Below are positions 1 through 7,026 of a DNA stretch of 25,225 bases, in pieces. Every line of letters begins with the position of its first letter. Position 1 is the first letter of the stretch. Position numbers and translations under genes: made by a program. Under the pieces are notes generated by a model, which was not told where the DNA came from, made no database searches, and saw only the letters and a program-made list of their open reading frames with translations. The DNA is from a virus (lineage: Duplodnaviria; Caudoviricetes), in the IMG/VR virus record IMGVR_UViG_3300017914_001323, positions 1 through 25,225 of that record. One strand, given 5' to 3'.

Positions 1-1914
1 AGGTTCATCGTACTGTACTCCTTCTGAGTTATGTACATTGAGAATATACCGCTTCTTTGCTGTCCATATACCACGATCTGCAATGACTTCGCGTTCCATG
101 ACCATACGATTTTCGAAACAATTCATTTCTGTACAGAGATCTGTAAGAGTCTTTTCGAGTACCTGTGCGAAATGATTCTTACATGATTCGTCTAGGAATT
201 TTACAGGATCTTTTGGATTGAACTTCTTGACAAACGCTTCGAAGTTTACATAGACTGAATCTGTATCGATAGCGATTACATAATCTTCGTTTGTCTCGAG
301 AAGCTTATTCATCTCATCATTGATGGCCTTCTCGCATGTCTTGATCACATGCTGACCGGTCAGAGTGATACCTTCTGCAACTCGAAGATCGAAATAACGA
401 TACCACTTATTACCGATAGCGCCGAACAGAGAGTTCATCAAGATCTTGACTGCCATCTGTTTGTTATTGAGAGAAGCAATCTGTTTTTCAATCTCTTTTG
501 TAGAACCTTTCTGCTGTTCTTTCTGCCATTCGATCATCTGCTTCTTTACGTCTTTACGTTCAGCATAATACTGTTTAACAAGCAGAGGAAAGACACCTTC
601 ACGACTATTATCAAAGCCGACACCATTGGCTGCTTTCGACATGTTTGTACCATTCATCGTCAGAGTTTCAGGTGACATGTTCCATTGAGCAATGATATTC
701 GGATACAGCGAATTCAAATCAAAGGAAACTACCCAGTCATGAGCACCGACTTGTGGTTCTTTTACGTAACCACCGGCAAACTTAACATTAACACCTTCAC
801 GCTCATTGCGAGGTGGTGGACCAGGTATTGCGATCTTACGTTTAGCTAGTTCGCGAAAAATAATCGAATCCCATATGGCAGTAGTACCAAAGATGTCTGT
901 AAAGTTTACACCAGCTTTGTAAGCCAGAGTAAAGCCAAGACCGATGAGATCAAGCTTTTCATCCATACGATCGATAAGCTCAACGTCTTTAATGTTGTAA
1001 TCAATATAGAGTTGAAAGTTTTCTTTATAGAGATTACGAAGAGAACCATATTCTGCGTACGATAACTTCTTTTCACCGAGTACGACATGTGCAATATGGT
1101 TCAATGCATACGATTCTTGAGGACCATACGAATAACCAAACTTCTGAAACAGATCCATGTAATCGAGTTGAGAGATACCAGAAATCTGTTGAGTCTTCAT
1201 CGTCTTTGTTTTAAGATGAACAGTCTTTTCTCGCACCATACCCCATGGCGAGATAAACTTCTTTGTGGTTTGTTCGCCGAATAATCTTAAAGAACGATTT
1301 ACAATGTACGGAATATCAAACATACGAATATTCCAACCGGTCAGAACTTCAGGAAAGTTTGATTGCCAATATCTTAAGAATCTTTCCATCAACTCATATT
1401 CATCTTCACACTTTGTATACTGAATGCGAATATGAGTATGTGGTGATTTCGACTTTTCGTAGTCACCGCAACCCCATACACGATACACGGATTCTTTACT
1501 TGACTTCAGAGTAATCGCCGTAATCGGATGTAGAGCTTCATCAGGCTCAGGAAAGCCATCTTCTGAATGTACTTCGATATCGAGGTTGACTACATTAATC
1601 AGACCAGGAATAAAGTCGATATCGTTTGGAAACTTTTTCTGAATAAACTGCCATAGCACACGGTCTTGACCGTAGTACTTGAAGTTTTCGACACCTTCAT
1701 ACTTTTGCATGAAGTCTTTCATTTCATTGAAATGAGTAAACTGAACGGGTGCGACGGGTGTACCATCAAGAGCACGCCATTCAGTTTGAGTTTTGGTAGG
1801 GACAAAGAGCTCAGGTTCGAGCTTGTACTTTGTCATGATGGGTTTACCTTGATGGTTATACCCACGATAAAGGACTGAATTACCAAGCCTATCGAAATTA
1901 GTATAAAAAGACAT
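1..1914 (-). CDS. gp43: Family B DNA polymerase (T4 gp43-like), 3' end runs off the window
   Basis: Hand translation from ATG at 1914 (AGGAGG upstream) is open for 638 codons to the edge. Motifs: ExoI DIEV, ExoII GWNIRMFDIPY, ExoIII YIDYNIKDV, motif A SFDLNSLYPNII, motif B KILMNSLFG, motif C IDTDS, then AKKRY. Confidence 0.98.
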   Translation of the reverse strand, partial: MSFYTNFDRLGNSVLYRGYNHQGKPIMTKYKLEPELFVPTKTQTEWRALDGTPVAPVQFTHFNEMKDFMQKYEGVENFKYYGQDRVLWQFIQKKFPNDIDFIPGLINVVNLDIEVHSEDGFPEPDEALHPITAITLKSSKESVYRVWGCGDYEKSKSPHTHIRIQYTKCEDEYELMERFLRYWQSNFPEVLTGWNIRMFDIPYIVNRSLRLFGEQTTKKFISPWGMVREKTVHLKTKTMKTQQISGISQLDYMDLFQKFGYSYGPQESYALNHIAHVVLGEKKLSYAEYGSLRNLYKENFQLYIDYNIKDVELIDRMDEKLDLIGLGFTLAYKAGVNFTDIFGTTAIWDSIIFRELAKRKIAIPGPPPRNEREGVNVKFAGGYVKEPQVGAHDWVVSFDLNSLYPNIIAQWNMSPETLTMNGTNMSKAANGVGFDNSREGVFPLLVKQYYAERKDVKKQMIEWQKEQQKGSTKEIEKQIASLNNKQMAVKILMNSLFGAIGNKWYRYFDLRVAEGITLTGQHVIKTCEKAINDEMNKLLETNEDYVIAIDTDSVYVNFEAFVKKFNPKDPVKFLDESCKNHFAQVLEKTLTDLCTEMNCFENRMVMEREVIADRGIWTAKKRYILNVHNSEGVQYDEP

Positions 1915-1934
1915 ACAACCTCCTATGCATTACT

Positions 1935-1963
1935 ATTATAACACAAATCAAAGAGTTTGTACA
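1935..1963 (-). promoter_or_regulatory. Sigma70-type (early-like) promoter of gp43
   Basis: Minus strand TGTACA-N17-TATAAT, followed by AGGAGG and the ATG. Confidence 0.75.
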
Positions 1964-1968
1964 CAGTT

Positions 1969-2412
1969 TTATGCGATGGCTCTCATTCTTTGTACAAGAC
2001 GCTCTGCTCTATTCGGTACTTGATTGTACCAACGTGAGTCGACCATTTCGTCTGCAGCTCGATTCCAATCTCTTGCATCTACTCCGGCTTTCATTCCTTT
2101 AAACGCAGAAAGCCTTGGGTATCCAAGGTTAAAACACATGTTGGCAATGATGAGTTTGGCTTCATCTGGAAGTTCATGGAAGTCTTCATAAAGTCGCTCA
2201 CAATCCGCAATCGTGATTCGTATGTCTGAATCAAAAGCCTCTGCGACTCGTTCTTCGCTGACAGGCTCGCCAACATCCCATCCATATTCTGGATCTTCTT
2301 CTCGTACCAGATGACCGATCCCAAAAGTAGGATAGCCCAAATGATCCAGGTATATCTCATACATCACTCCTTCATCATCTTCTAGATCTTCACGTAATCT
2401 TTGTAAATCCAT
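1969..2412 (-). CDS. T4-type lysozyme (GH24 muramidase)
   Basis: Catalytic E14-x8-D23-x5-T29 (EGVMYEIYLDHLGYPTFGIG) has the same spacing as T4 lysozyme E11/D20/T26. Also MCFNLG and AADEMVDSRWYNQVPNRAERL. Confidence 0.93.
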   Translation of the reverse strand: MDLQRLREDLEDDEGVMYEIYLDHLGYPTFGIGHLVREEDPEYGWDVGEPVSEERVAEAFDSDIRITIADCERLYEDFHELPDEAKLIIANMCFNLGYPRLSAFKGMKAGVDARDWNRAADEMVDSRWYNQVPNRAERLVQRMRAIA

Positions 2413-2519
2413 TACTCTTCCTCTTTACATTTACATTCTTTGCAATCACAGTCTTCGCATTGTGGCTGATAACAATGACAGTCATGTCCACATCCGCACT
2501 TTCTTTCTTCCCCGTCCAT
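2412..2519 (-). CDS. 35-aa Cys-rich metallothionein-like microprotein (not in ORF track)
   Basis: MDGEERKCGCGHDCHCYQPQCEDCDCKECKCKEEE has 9 Cys and 2 His. GGAGG RBS upstream. The stop overlaps the lysozyme start (TAATG) and the ORF fills the intergenic gap. Confidence 0.8.
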   Translation of the reverse strand: MDGEERKCGCGHDCHCYQPQCEDCDCKECKCKEEE

Positions 2520-2527
2520 AATACCTC

Positions 2528-2761
2528 CTATGGTAGACCTACGTAATATGGATCTTTAACTCCATACCACTTTTTCTTTTCCTCTGCGCTAGGCTCTTCC
2601 CAGTCATGACCGAATCTTGCTTTCCACTGTTCATACTCATCTCTATATCGAGTTTTGCCTATATAACCGGCCTTTAATTTATATATGCGAGTTCCATCTC
2701 CATCATATTCCCAGTCTCTCTCATCCGGATCTAATGATTGTACATGTATGTCTTCTAGCAT
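2528..2761 (-). CDS. Hypothetical protein (77 aa, acidic and aromatic)
   Basis: GAGGAG RBS; fills the gap in the operon. Confidence 0.8.
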   Translation of the reverse strand: MLEDIHVQSLDPDERDWEYDGDGTRIYKLKAGYIGKTRYRDEYEQWKARFGHDWEEPSAEEKKKWYGVKDPYYVGLP

Positions 2762-2779
2762 TTAATCTCCTCTAAGATG

Positions 2780-2807
2780 AAAAGGAGCGCTTACGCGCTC
2801 CCCTTTT
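2780..2807 (-). terminator. Rho-independent terminator, possibly bidirectional
   Basis: Minus strand GGAGCGC-GTAA-GCGCTCC-TTTT (GNRA loop). The plus strand also has a T-run after the stem. Confidence 0.85.
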
Positions 2808-2808
2808 A

Positions 2809-2871
2809 TTATTTTGTTTTAGCAGGTTTATCGAGTAACCATTTTGCTTCTTCGTATGTATAAGGCCACAT
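2809..2871 (-). CDS. 20-aa micro-ORF MWPYTYEEAKWLLDKPAKTK
   Basis: TAATG overlap with the upstream stop; ends immediately before the terminator. Confidence 0.5.
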   Translation of the reverse strand: MWPYTYEEAKWLLDKPAKTK

Positions 2872-2999
2872 TAAATCCAGATCCCTTTGTACTTGAGTTC
2901 TTTCATACGATTCTCCAGATCAACAAGATCTGTAGATTGTGATAGATAGTCCTCAATGGGATCGTGCTTTTTAAAAAGAGATTTGATAAATTTAATCAC
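2871..2999 (-). CDS. 42-aa small protein, DUF3563-like
   Basis: GTG start 6 nt after AGGAGG. MIKFIKSLFKKHDPIEDYLSQSTDLVDLENRMKELKYKGIWI carries a YLSQSxDLxDLExRM pattern recalled from DUF3563 proteins. Confidence 0.7.
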   Translation of the reverse strand: MIKFIKSLFKKHDPIEDYLSQSTDLVDLENRMKELKYKGIWI

Positions 3000-3213
3000 C
3001 ATAAACCTCCTTACGCAAACGGTCGTTTAACATCGCTGCAATCTGTGGAATATCCATATGTGGATATTCATGTTGCAGGTCATATGCAACTTTAAAGTTT
3101 GCTTCTGCACCACGTGCCATGATTATTGCTTTTCCGATTGAATTGAAAAACTCTGTTACTGAGTTAACGATCGCTGCTGCGATTGAAAAACCCTTTATTG
3201 CTATTGCTGTCAT
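2992..3213 (-). CDS. Hypothetical small helical protein (73 aa; start revised to ATG 3213)
   Basis: GAGGAG RBS precedes MTAIAIKGFS. Overlaps the hsp20 3' end by 50 nt. Confidence 0.75.
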   Translation of the reverse strand: MTAIAIKGFSIAAAIVNSVTEFFNSIGKAIIMARGAEANFKVAYDLQHEYPHMDIPQIAAMLNDRLRKEVYGD

Positions 3214-3640
3214 TTTGTGACTCCTCGTTAGTTCCAATTTGAATCTTACGAGGCAACTTCTCTTCAGGCAGGACAACTTCTAAGTCGACAGTCAATATTC
3301 CGTCCTGTAGATCCGCTCCGACGACTTCGGTATATTCCGATAGTCTAAATGACTTTTTCCAGTTTCTTGCACTGATACCTTTATGAACGTATAGATCTTG
3401 GTTGCGACGTTGTGGGCGATTACCAGTAATGGTCATCACGTGGTCTTTTACCTCGATGTCAATATGTTCTTTTTTGAATCCCGCCACAGCAAGTTCAACG
3501 GTAAACAGAAGTTCCTCGTTCTTAACTACATTGTGTGGTGGATAAGTATCCTTCGATTGCTTGTGAATATTCTCAAGTTGATCAAAGATGTGGTCAAAAC
3601 CGATAAACCCATTTCGTGGGTAAACTATGCTTCCAGTCAT
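3164..3640 (-). CDS. hsp20: Small heat shock protein (Hsp20/IbpA family)
   Basis: YPPHNVVK, VELAVAGF and YVHKGISARNWKKSFRL...ADLQDGILTV alpha-crystallin motifs. Usual position between regA and gp43. Confidence 0.95.
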   Translation of the reverse strand: MTGSIVYPRNGFIGFDHIFDQLENIHKQSKDTYPPHNVVKNEELLFTVELAVAGFKKEHIDIEVKDHVMTITGNRPQRRNQDLYVHKGISARNWKKSFRLSEYTEVVGADLQDGILTVDLEVVLPEEKLPRKIQIGTNEESQNDSNSNKGFFNRSSDR

Positions 3641-3694
3641 ATGTACCTCCTATTGGATAGCAAGGTTAAAACGTGACCCCTTATCGGGCATCAC
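3641..3694 (-). promoter_or_regulatory. ROSE-like RNA thermometer in the hsp20 5' UTR
   Basis: RNA reads GUGAUGCCC-GAUAA-GGGGUCAC (hairpin 1), then ACCUUGCUAU-CCA-AUAGGAGGU (hairpin 2). UUGCU pairs with the SD and leaves a bulged G. Confidence 0.75.
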
Positions 3695-3699
3695 AATAA

Positions 3700-3707
3700 T
3701 ATATATA
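3700..3707 (-). promoter_or_regulatory. Possible T4-type late promoter variant (TATATATA) for hsp20
   Basis: One mismatch to TATAAATA, 5 nt upstream of the first UTR hairpin. Confidence 0.45.
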
Positions 3708-4076
3708 TTATTCGTGTTCGCCACCAGGATCACGAGCATCAAGTACAACTTTCTGCCCATTAACCCACATATATTGGCGACTGCGACTTACACTGTGATA
3801 TCCAGAGCGCAACTTAAAAACTTCTGGTTTACGCTTTGCTGTTTCAAATACACCTACCGTGGCAACTATACCCGCAATCAACAAAGCATGAGCAACTGCG
3901 CTGACACCAAAGACGGTAACAGACCCAATGCTCATAGAAAAGATAATACACCACATCCATGCAAGAAATTGCATCACGATGTGTCTAACTTGTAAATCTT
4001 GAATATTACTTAATGGATTCAACCTGTGATCCATAATCAAATTCCATGCATCATATATAAATTTCATTTTATACAA
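3708..4076 (-). CDS. Hypothetical membrane protein (2 predicted TM helices)
   Basis: Hydrophobic segments IVMQFLAWMWCIIFSMSIG and VFGVSAVAHALLIAGIVATVGVF; tightly packed in the operon. Confidence 0.85.
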   Translation of the reverse strand: MYKMKFIYDAWNLIMDHRLNPLSNIQDLQVRHIVMQFLAWMWCIIFSMSIGSVTVFGVSAVAHALLIAGIVATVGVFETAKRKPEVFKLRSGYHSVSRSRQYMWVNGQKVVLDARDPGGEHE

Positions 4077-4638
4077 CCTTCGCTGTCATAGTTTTGTTAA
4101 GTCCTCTTACTTGTTCAAGTAAAAACTCAGGAGTGGTTTGCTCGTAAGGATCTGAGTCTGCACCAACGTCTGATTGACCTTCTTCTACTGTACCAAACTC
4201 AATCCATCCGTCCTTGATAATAAACGCACAACGCCAAGTTCTTTTCCCAAAACCTAGATGTTTCTTATCTACTAATAGACCCATCGCTTCACTGAACTCA
4301 CCGTTACCATCTGGCATCGGTTTTACATTTTTAATCCCAAGTTCTTTGAACCAAGCATTCATAACGAAAGCATCATTTACTGAAAAGCAAATAATATCAT
4401 CTACATGAGATGCTTTAAAACTGTCAAATAATTTATCATATGCTGGTAGCATTTCATCAGAGCAAGTAGGTGTAAAAGCACCAGGAAGTCCGAATAGAAC
4501 TACAGTCTTTCCGGCAAAATAATCCGAGGATCTTTTGATTGCCCATTCACCGAGTTCACGGTCGTGAATAACGACTGAGGGAACTTTTACTTTTCGTGGT
4601 CTATCTTGCATACCACCTAGATCATCCATTCTCATCAT
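4069..4638 (-). CDS. Peroxiredoxin, Prx5/redoxin type
   Basis: Active site PGAFTPTCS; SVNDAFVMNAW; PDGNGEF. Confidence 0.93.
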   Translation of the reverse strand: MMRMDDLGGMQDRPRKVKVPSVVIHDRELGEWAIKRSSDYFAGKTVVLFGLPGAFTPTCSDEMLPAYDKLFDSFKASHVDDIICFSVNDAFVMNAWFKELGIKNVKPMPDGNGEFSEAMGLLVDKKHLGFGKRTWRCAFIIKDGWIEFGTVEEGQSDVGADSDPYEQTTPEFLLEQVRGLNKTMTAKVV

Positions 4639-5042
4639 TTATTTCCTATATTATATTTGGGACATAAATCCCATTCCTGTTTTTCTTTGTAAGGAATAAT
4701 TTTAATTTGTCTCATAGGAGCGAGAGGTTCTGCCTTCGTTCCTTCAATGGTAATTAACCCCCAGTCGCTCATTAGTTGTGCAATAGTATTGCGACGAGCG
4801 ATATCGTTTTCTTCTAAGTTAGACTTTTTACCATCAAGCAAGAATAACTCTTTGAAGTGAACAATAAAGTAACGTCCCTGCTTATGTAAAATATGGCAGG
4901 ACTGGTATAACTTTTTATCTTTACGAGATGCAACACCGATACGAGTCAATGTCTCGCGAACCTTTAGAAAATCATCTGGTTCGTTAAGAGTAACCTCTAA
5001 CATAGAGGAAGGTGTCCACTCTATTAATTTATTTTCTTCCAC
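4635..5042 (-). CDS. regA: Translational repressor RegA
   Basis: DDFLKVRETLTRIGVAS, LYQSCHILHKQGRYFIVHFKELF, RRNTIAQL. Confidence 0.97.
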   Translation of the reverse strand: MEENKLIEWTPSSMLEVTLNEPDDFLKVRETLTRIGVASRKDKKLYQSCHILHKQGRYFIVHFKELFLLDGKKSNLEENDIARRNTIAQLMSDWGLITIEGTKAEPLAPMRQIKIIPYKEKQEWDLCPKYNIGNK

Positions 5043-5406
5043 CTTTAAAAACCTTCTTCTTTAATTCATTAATCTGATCTGATGTGAGAAGGGATAAGGC
5101 AGATTTTGCTTTTTCATTGCTATACCCATAATATTCCTTAACAACTTCCACGTCACTCACGGTCTCAGGTTTTGCCCATTTCGAAAACCGTTTTTTCTTT
5201 CGCACTATATTTATAAGAAAATCAAATTGAAGACGGTTGTCAATATGATGGTTGACATTCATCTCATTTGCCATAAGGACAGTATCAGCAAAATAAGATA
5301 AAGAACGATTGACCATGTATGGAGCATAACCTTTCTCCGCAACATCGTCAACCATAATATTTTGTTTCTTGTAATTAATCGCATTTACATAATCAAAGGG
5401 ATTCAT
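5029..5406 (-). CDS. gp62: Clamp loader small subunit (start revised to ATG 5406)
   Basis: MNPFDYVNAIN, YAPYMVNRSLSYF, RKKKRFSKW, VKEYYGYSNEKA; lies between gp44 and regA. Confidence 0.93.
   Translation of the reverse strand: MNPFDYVNAINYKKQNIMVDDVAEKGYAPYMVNRSLSYFADTVLMANEMNVNHHIDNRLQFDFLINIVRKKKRFSKWAKPETVSDVEVVKEYYGYSNEKAKSALSLLTSDQINELKKKVFKGGRK
5208..5215 (-). promoter_or_regulatory. T4 late promoter consensus inside gp62, upstream of regA
   Basis: Exact TATAAATA on the minus strand. Confidence 0.55.
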
Positions 5407-5573
5407 CAGAACCAACCAATCTTTATACCGTTATGAGCGATGATAAAAAAGCAAGCGACCATATGAGTAACAACCCATATAGTACGGATGATTGCTGCAA
5501 TATCATTTTCACGGTTATCATCTGTTATTTTACTCCCAATCGTCTTGCACCAAATAGTCCAAGCACGCCTCAT
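5406..5573 (-). CDS. 55-aa hypothetical membrane protein (not in ORF track)
   Basis: MRRAWTIWCKTIGSKITDDNRENDIAAIIRTIWVVTHMVACFFIIAHNGIKIGWF. ATGA and TGATG overlaps with both neighbours. Resembles small proteins recalled from marine T4-like phages. Confidence 0.8.
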   Translation of the reverse strand: MRRAWTIWCKTIGSKITDDNRENDIAAIIRTIWVVTHMVACFFIIAHNGIKIGWF

Positions 5574-5848
5574 CCAAACATCTCCACACCACCGTCATTT
5601 TCTATTAACATAAGTTCTAAATGACGTTTAGTGAAATCGTGAGTGTCTATACCTCTATTTAAGTTTACTCCTTCAGAGTATAACTGGGGAACCGTCCTAT
5701 GACCACGCTCTTTCAAGAAGTTTTTAGCAAAGCGATCGTTGCTTACATTTACTTCTTCAAACTCATAACCCCAAGAGGTGAGTTTCTTTTTCATGATTAC
5801 ACAATATGGACAATCGTTTTGAGTGTATAGTTTAATTGAATTCGACAT
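5570..5848 (-). CDS. Glutaredoxin (NrdH/NrdC-like)
   Basis: CPYC active site and TVPQ cis-Pro motif. Confidence 0.92.
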   Translation of the reverse strand: MSNSIKLYTQNDCPYCVIMKKKLTSWGYEFEEVNVSNDRFAKNFLKERGHRTVPQLYSEGVNLNRGIDTHDFTKRHLELMLIENDGGVEMFG

Positions 5849-6767
5849 TCGCCATGACCTCCGTTAAACAAGCGACTACATTTAGTTCATGATCCGCAAC
5901 AAACGCATTCTTATACTGATAGTCAGCAAGAATCAACACGAGTTGAGGAATAGATTGTGGTGCGATTTTATCAGTCATCCGATCGTAAATAGAACGGAAG
6001 ATTGCACTCGCATCAGTATCTATATTGTTTACAACCCATTTTCGCATAGTTTTGAAATCTTTATTTTTTAAAGAAACAAAAAGTTGATCATAGTTTTGAT
6101 CAGATACATTGACCATAATACCTTCGTCAATGGATCCAGTCATACTGTATCGCTGTAGTTCATTAAGCACACGACGCCAGTCGGGGAAGAACTTCATAAT
6201 AACATCAGCGAGAACTTGCGGTTTATGAACCGTTACACCTTCATCAAGTAGGATCTGCTGACAACGAGACATGAACTCACCGCACAGTGTTGCTTTATCT
6301 CCGACGTTAAAGTCATAGACGCCACACCGACTGTGTAGTGGTTCAATGATACGATTCTTGAAGTTACAAGTAAGGATAAACCGACAGTTATTACTGAACT
6401 CTTCGATAAACCCACGAAGCGCAGGTTGAGTTGACTGAGGGTTCAAGTAGTCTGCCTCATCCAGAATGACAACCTTGATGCCACCCTGAAGTGAGACAGT
6501 ACTTGCGAACTGTTTGATCTTGCCACGGAGAGTATCAATATTGCCCTCTTCCGATCCATTGATGACAATATGATCAAGATCAAGTTCATTACAGATTGCC
6601 TTGGCGACCGTAGTCTTACCAAGACCTGCTGATCCAGAGAAAAGCATATTAGGCACTTCTCCGGACTTAATGATTTTATTGAATGTATCTTTCAGTTTAG
6701 GTTCTAAGATACAATCTTCTACTTTGCGGGGACGATACTTTTCGACCCAAAGAAATTCGTTAGACAT
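5832..6767 (-). CDS. gp44: Clamp loader large subunit (AAA+)
   Basis: LWVEKYRP, Walker A GSAGLGKTT, Walker B ILDEAD, SRC motif. Confidence 0.97.
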   Translation of the reverse strand: MSNEFLWVEKYRPRKVEDCILEPKLKDTFNKIIKSGEVPNMLFSGSAGLGKTTVAKAICNELDLDHIVINGSEEGNIDTLRGKIKQFASTVSLQGGIKVVILDEADYLNPQSTQPALRGFIEEFSNNCRFILTCNFKNRIIEPLHSRCGVYDFNVGDKATLCGEFMSRCQQILLDEGVTVHKPQVLADVIMKFFPDWRRVLNELQRYSMTGSIDEGIMVNVSDQNYDQLFVSLKNKDFKTMRKWVVNNIDTDASAIFRSIYDRMTDKIAPQSIPQLVLILADYQYKNAFVADHELNVVACLTEVMANVEFN

Positions 6768-6787
6768 TTACATACTCCCATAATATA

Positions 6788-6816
6788 ATTATAATTCAAA
6801 AGGTGGAGAAAGTAAA
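6788..6816 (-). promoter_or_regulatory. Sigma70-type promoter of gp44
   Basis: TTTACT-N17-TATAAT. Confidence 0.8.
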
Positions 6817-6818
6817 GT

Positions 6819-7022
6819 CTAATCGCCATCTTCCATCGCTGACTCTTGTTCCATCTGCTCTACCAGAGAAATAATCTGGATTGCTTGGTCACGAAGTGTA
6901 CCGATGGTAGAGAGTTCTTCGCCTTTAAATCCACCACGTTGTGTGACGGCATCAATAACGGCGACTGTAGAACGAGAAACTTGATTACCCAGTTTCATAA
7001 GTTCTTTAGTATTATCAGACAT
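6819..7022 (-). CDS. Hypothetical protein (67 aa; start revised to ATG 7022)
   Basis: GGAG precedes MSDNTKELMK; contains IDAVTQRGGFKGEELSTIGTLRD; sits between gp45 and gp44. Confidence 0.8.
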   Translation of the reverse strand: MSDNTKELMKLGNQVSRSTVAVIDAVTQRGGFKGEELSTIGTLRDQAIQIISLVEQMEQESAMEDGD

Positions 7023-7026
7023 GTCT

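Noticed and set aside
349-1878. Short plus-strand ORFs and the 906-1094 minus-strand ORF over the polymerase
   Set aside because: Shadow frames of gp43 with no recognisable motifs.
1-1914. Absence of gp43 from the ORF track, suggesting a split gene, intron, intein or recoding
   Set aside because: Hand translation is continuous with no stop or insertion. The ORF simply has no stop codon inside the window.
1915-1934. T4-like autogenous gp43 operator hairpin
   Set aside because: The predicted leader is only about 14 nt and contains no stem.
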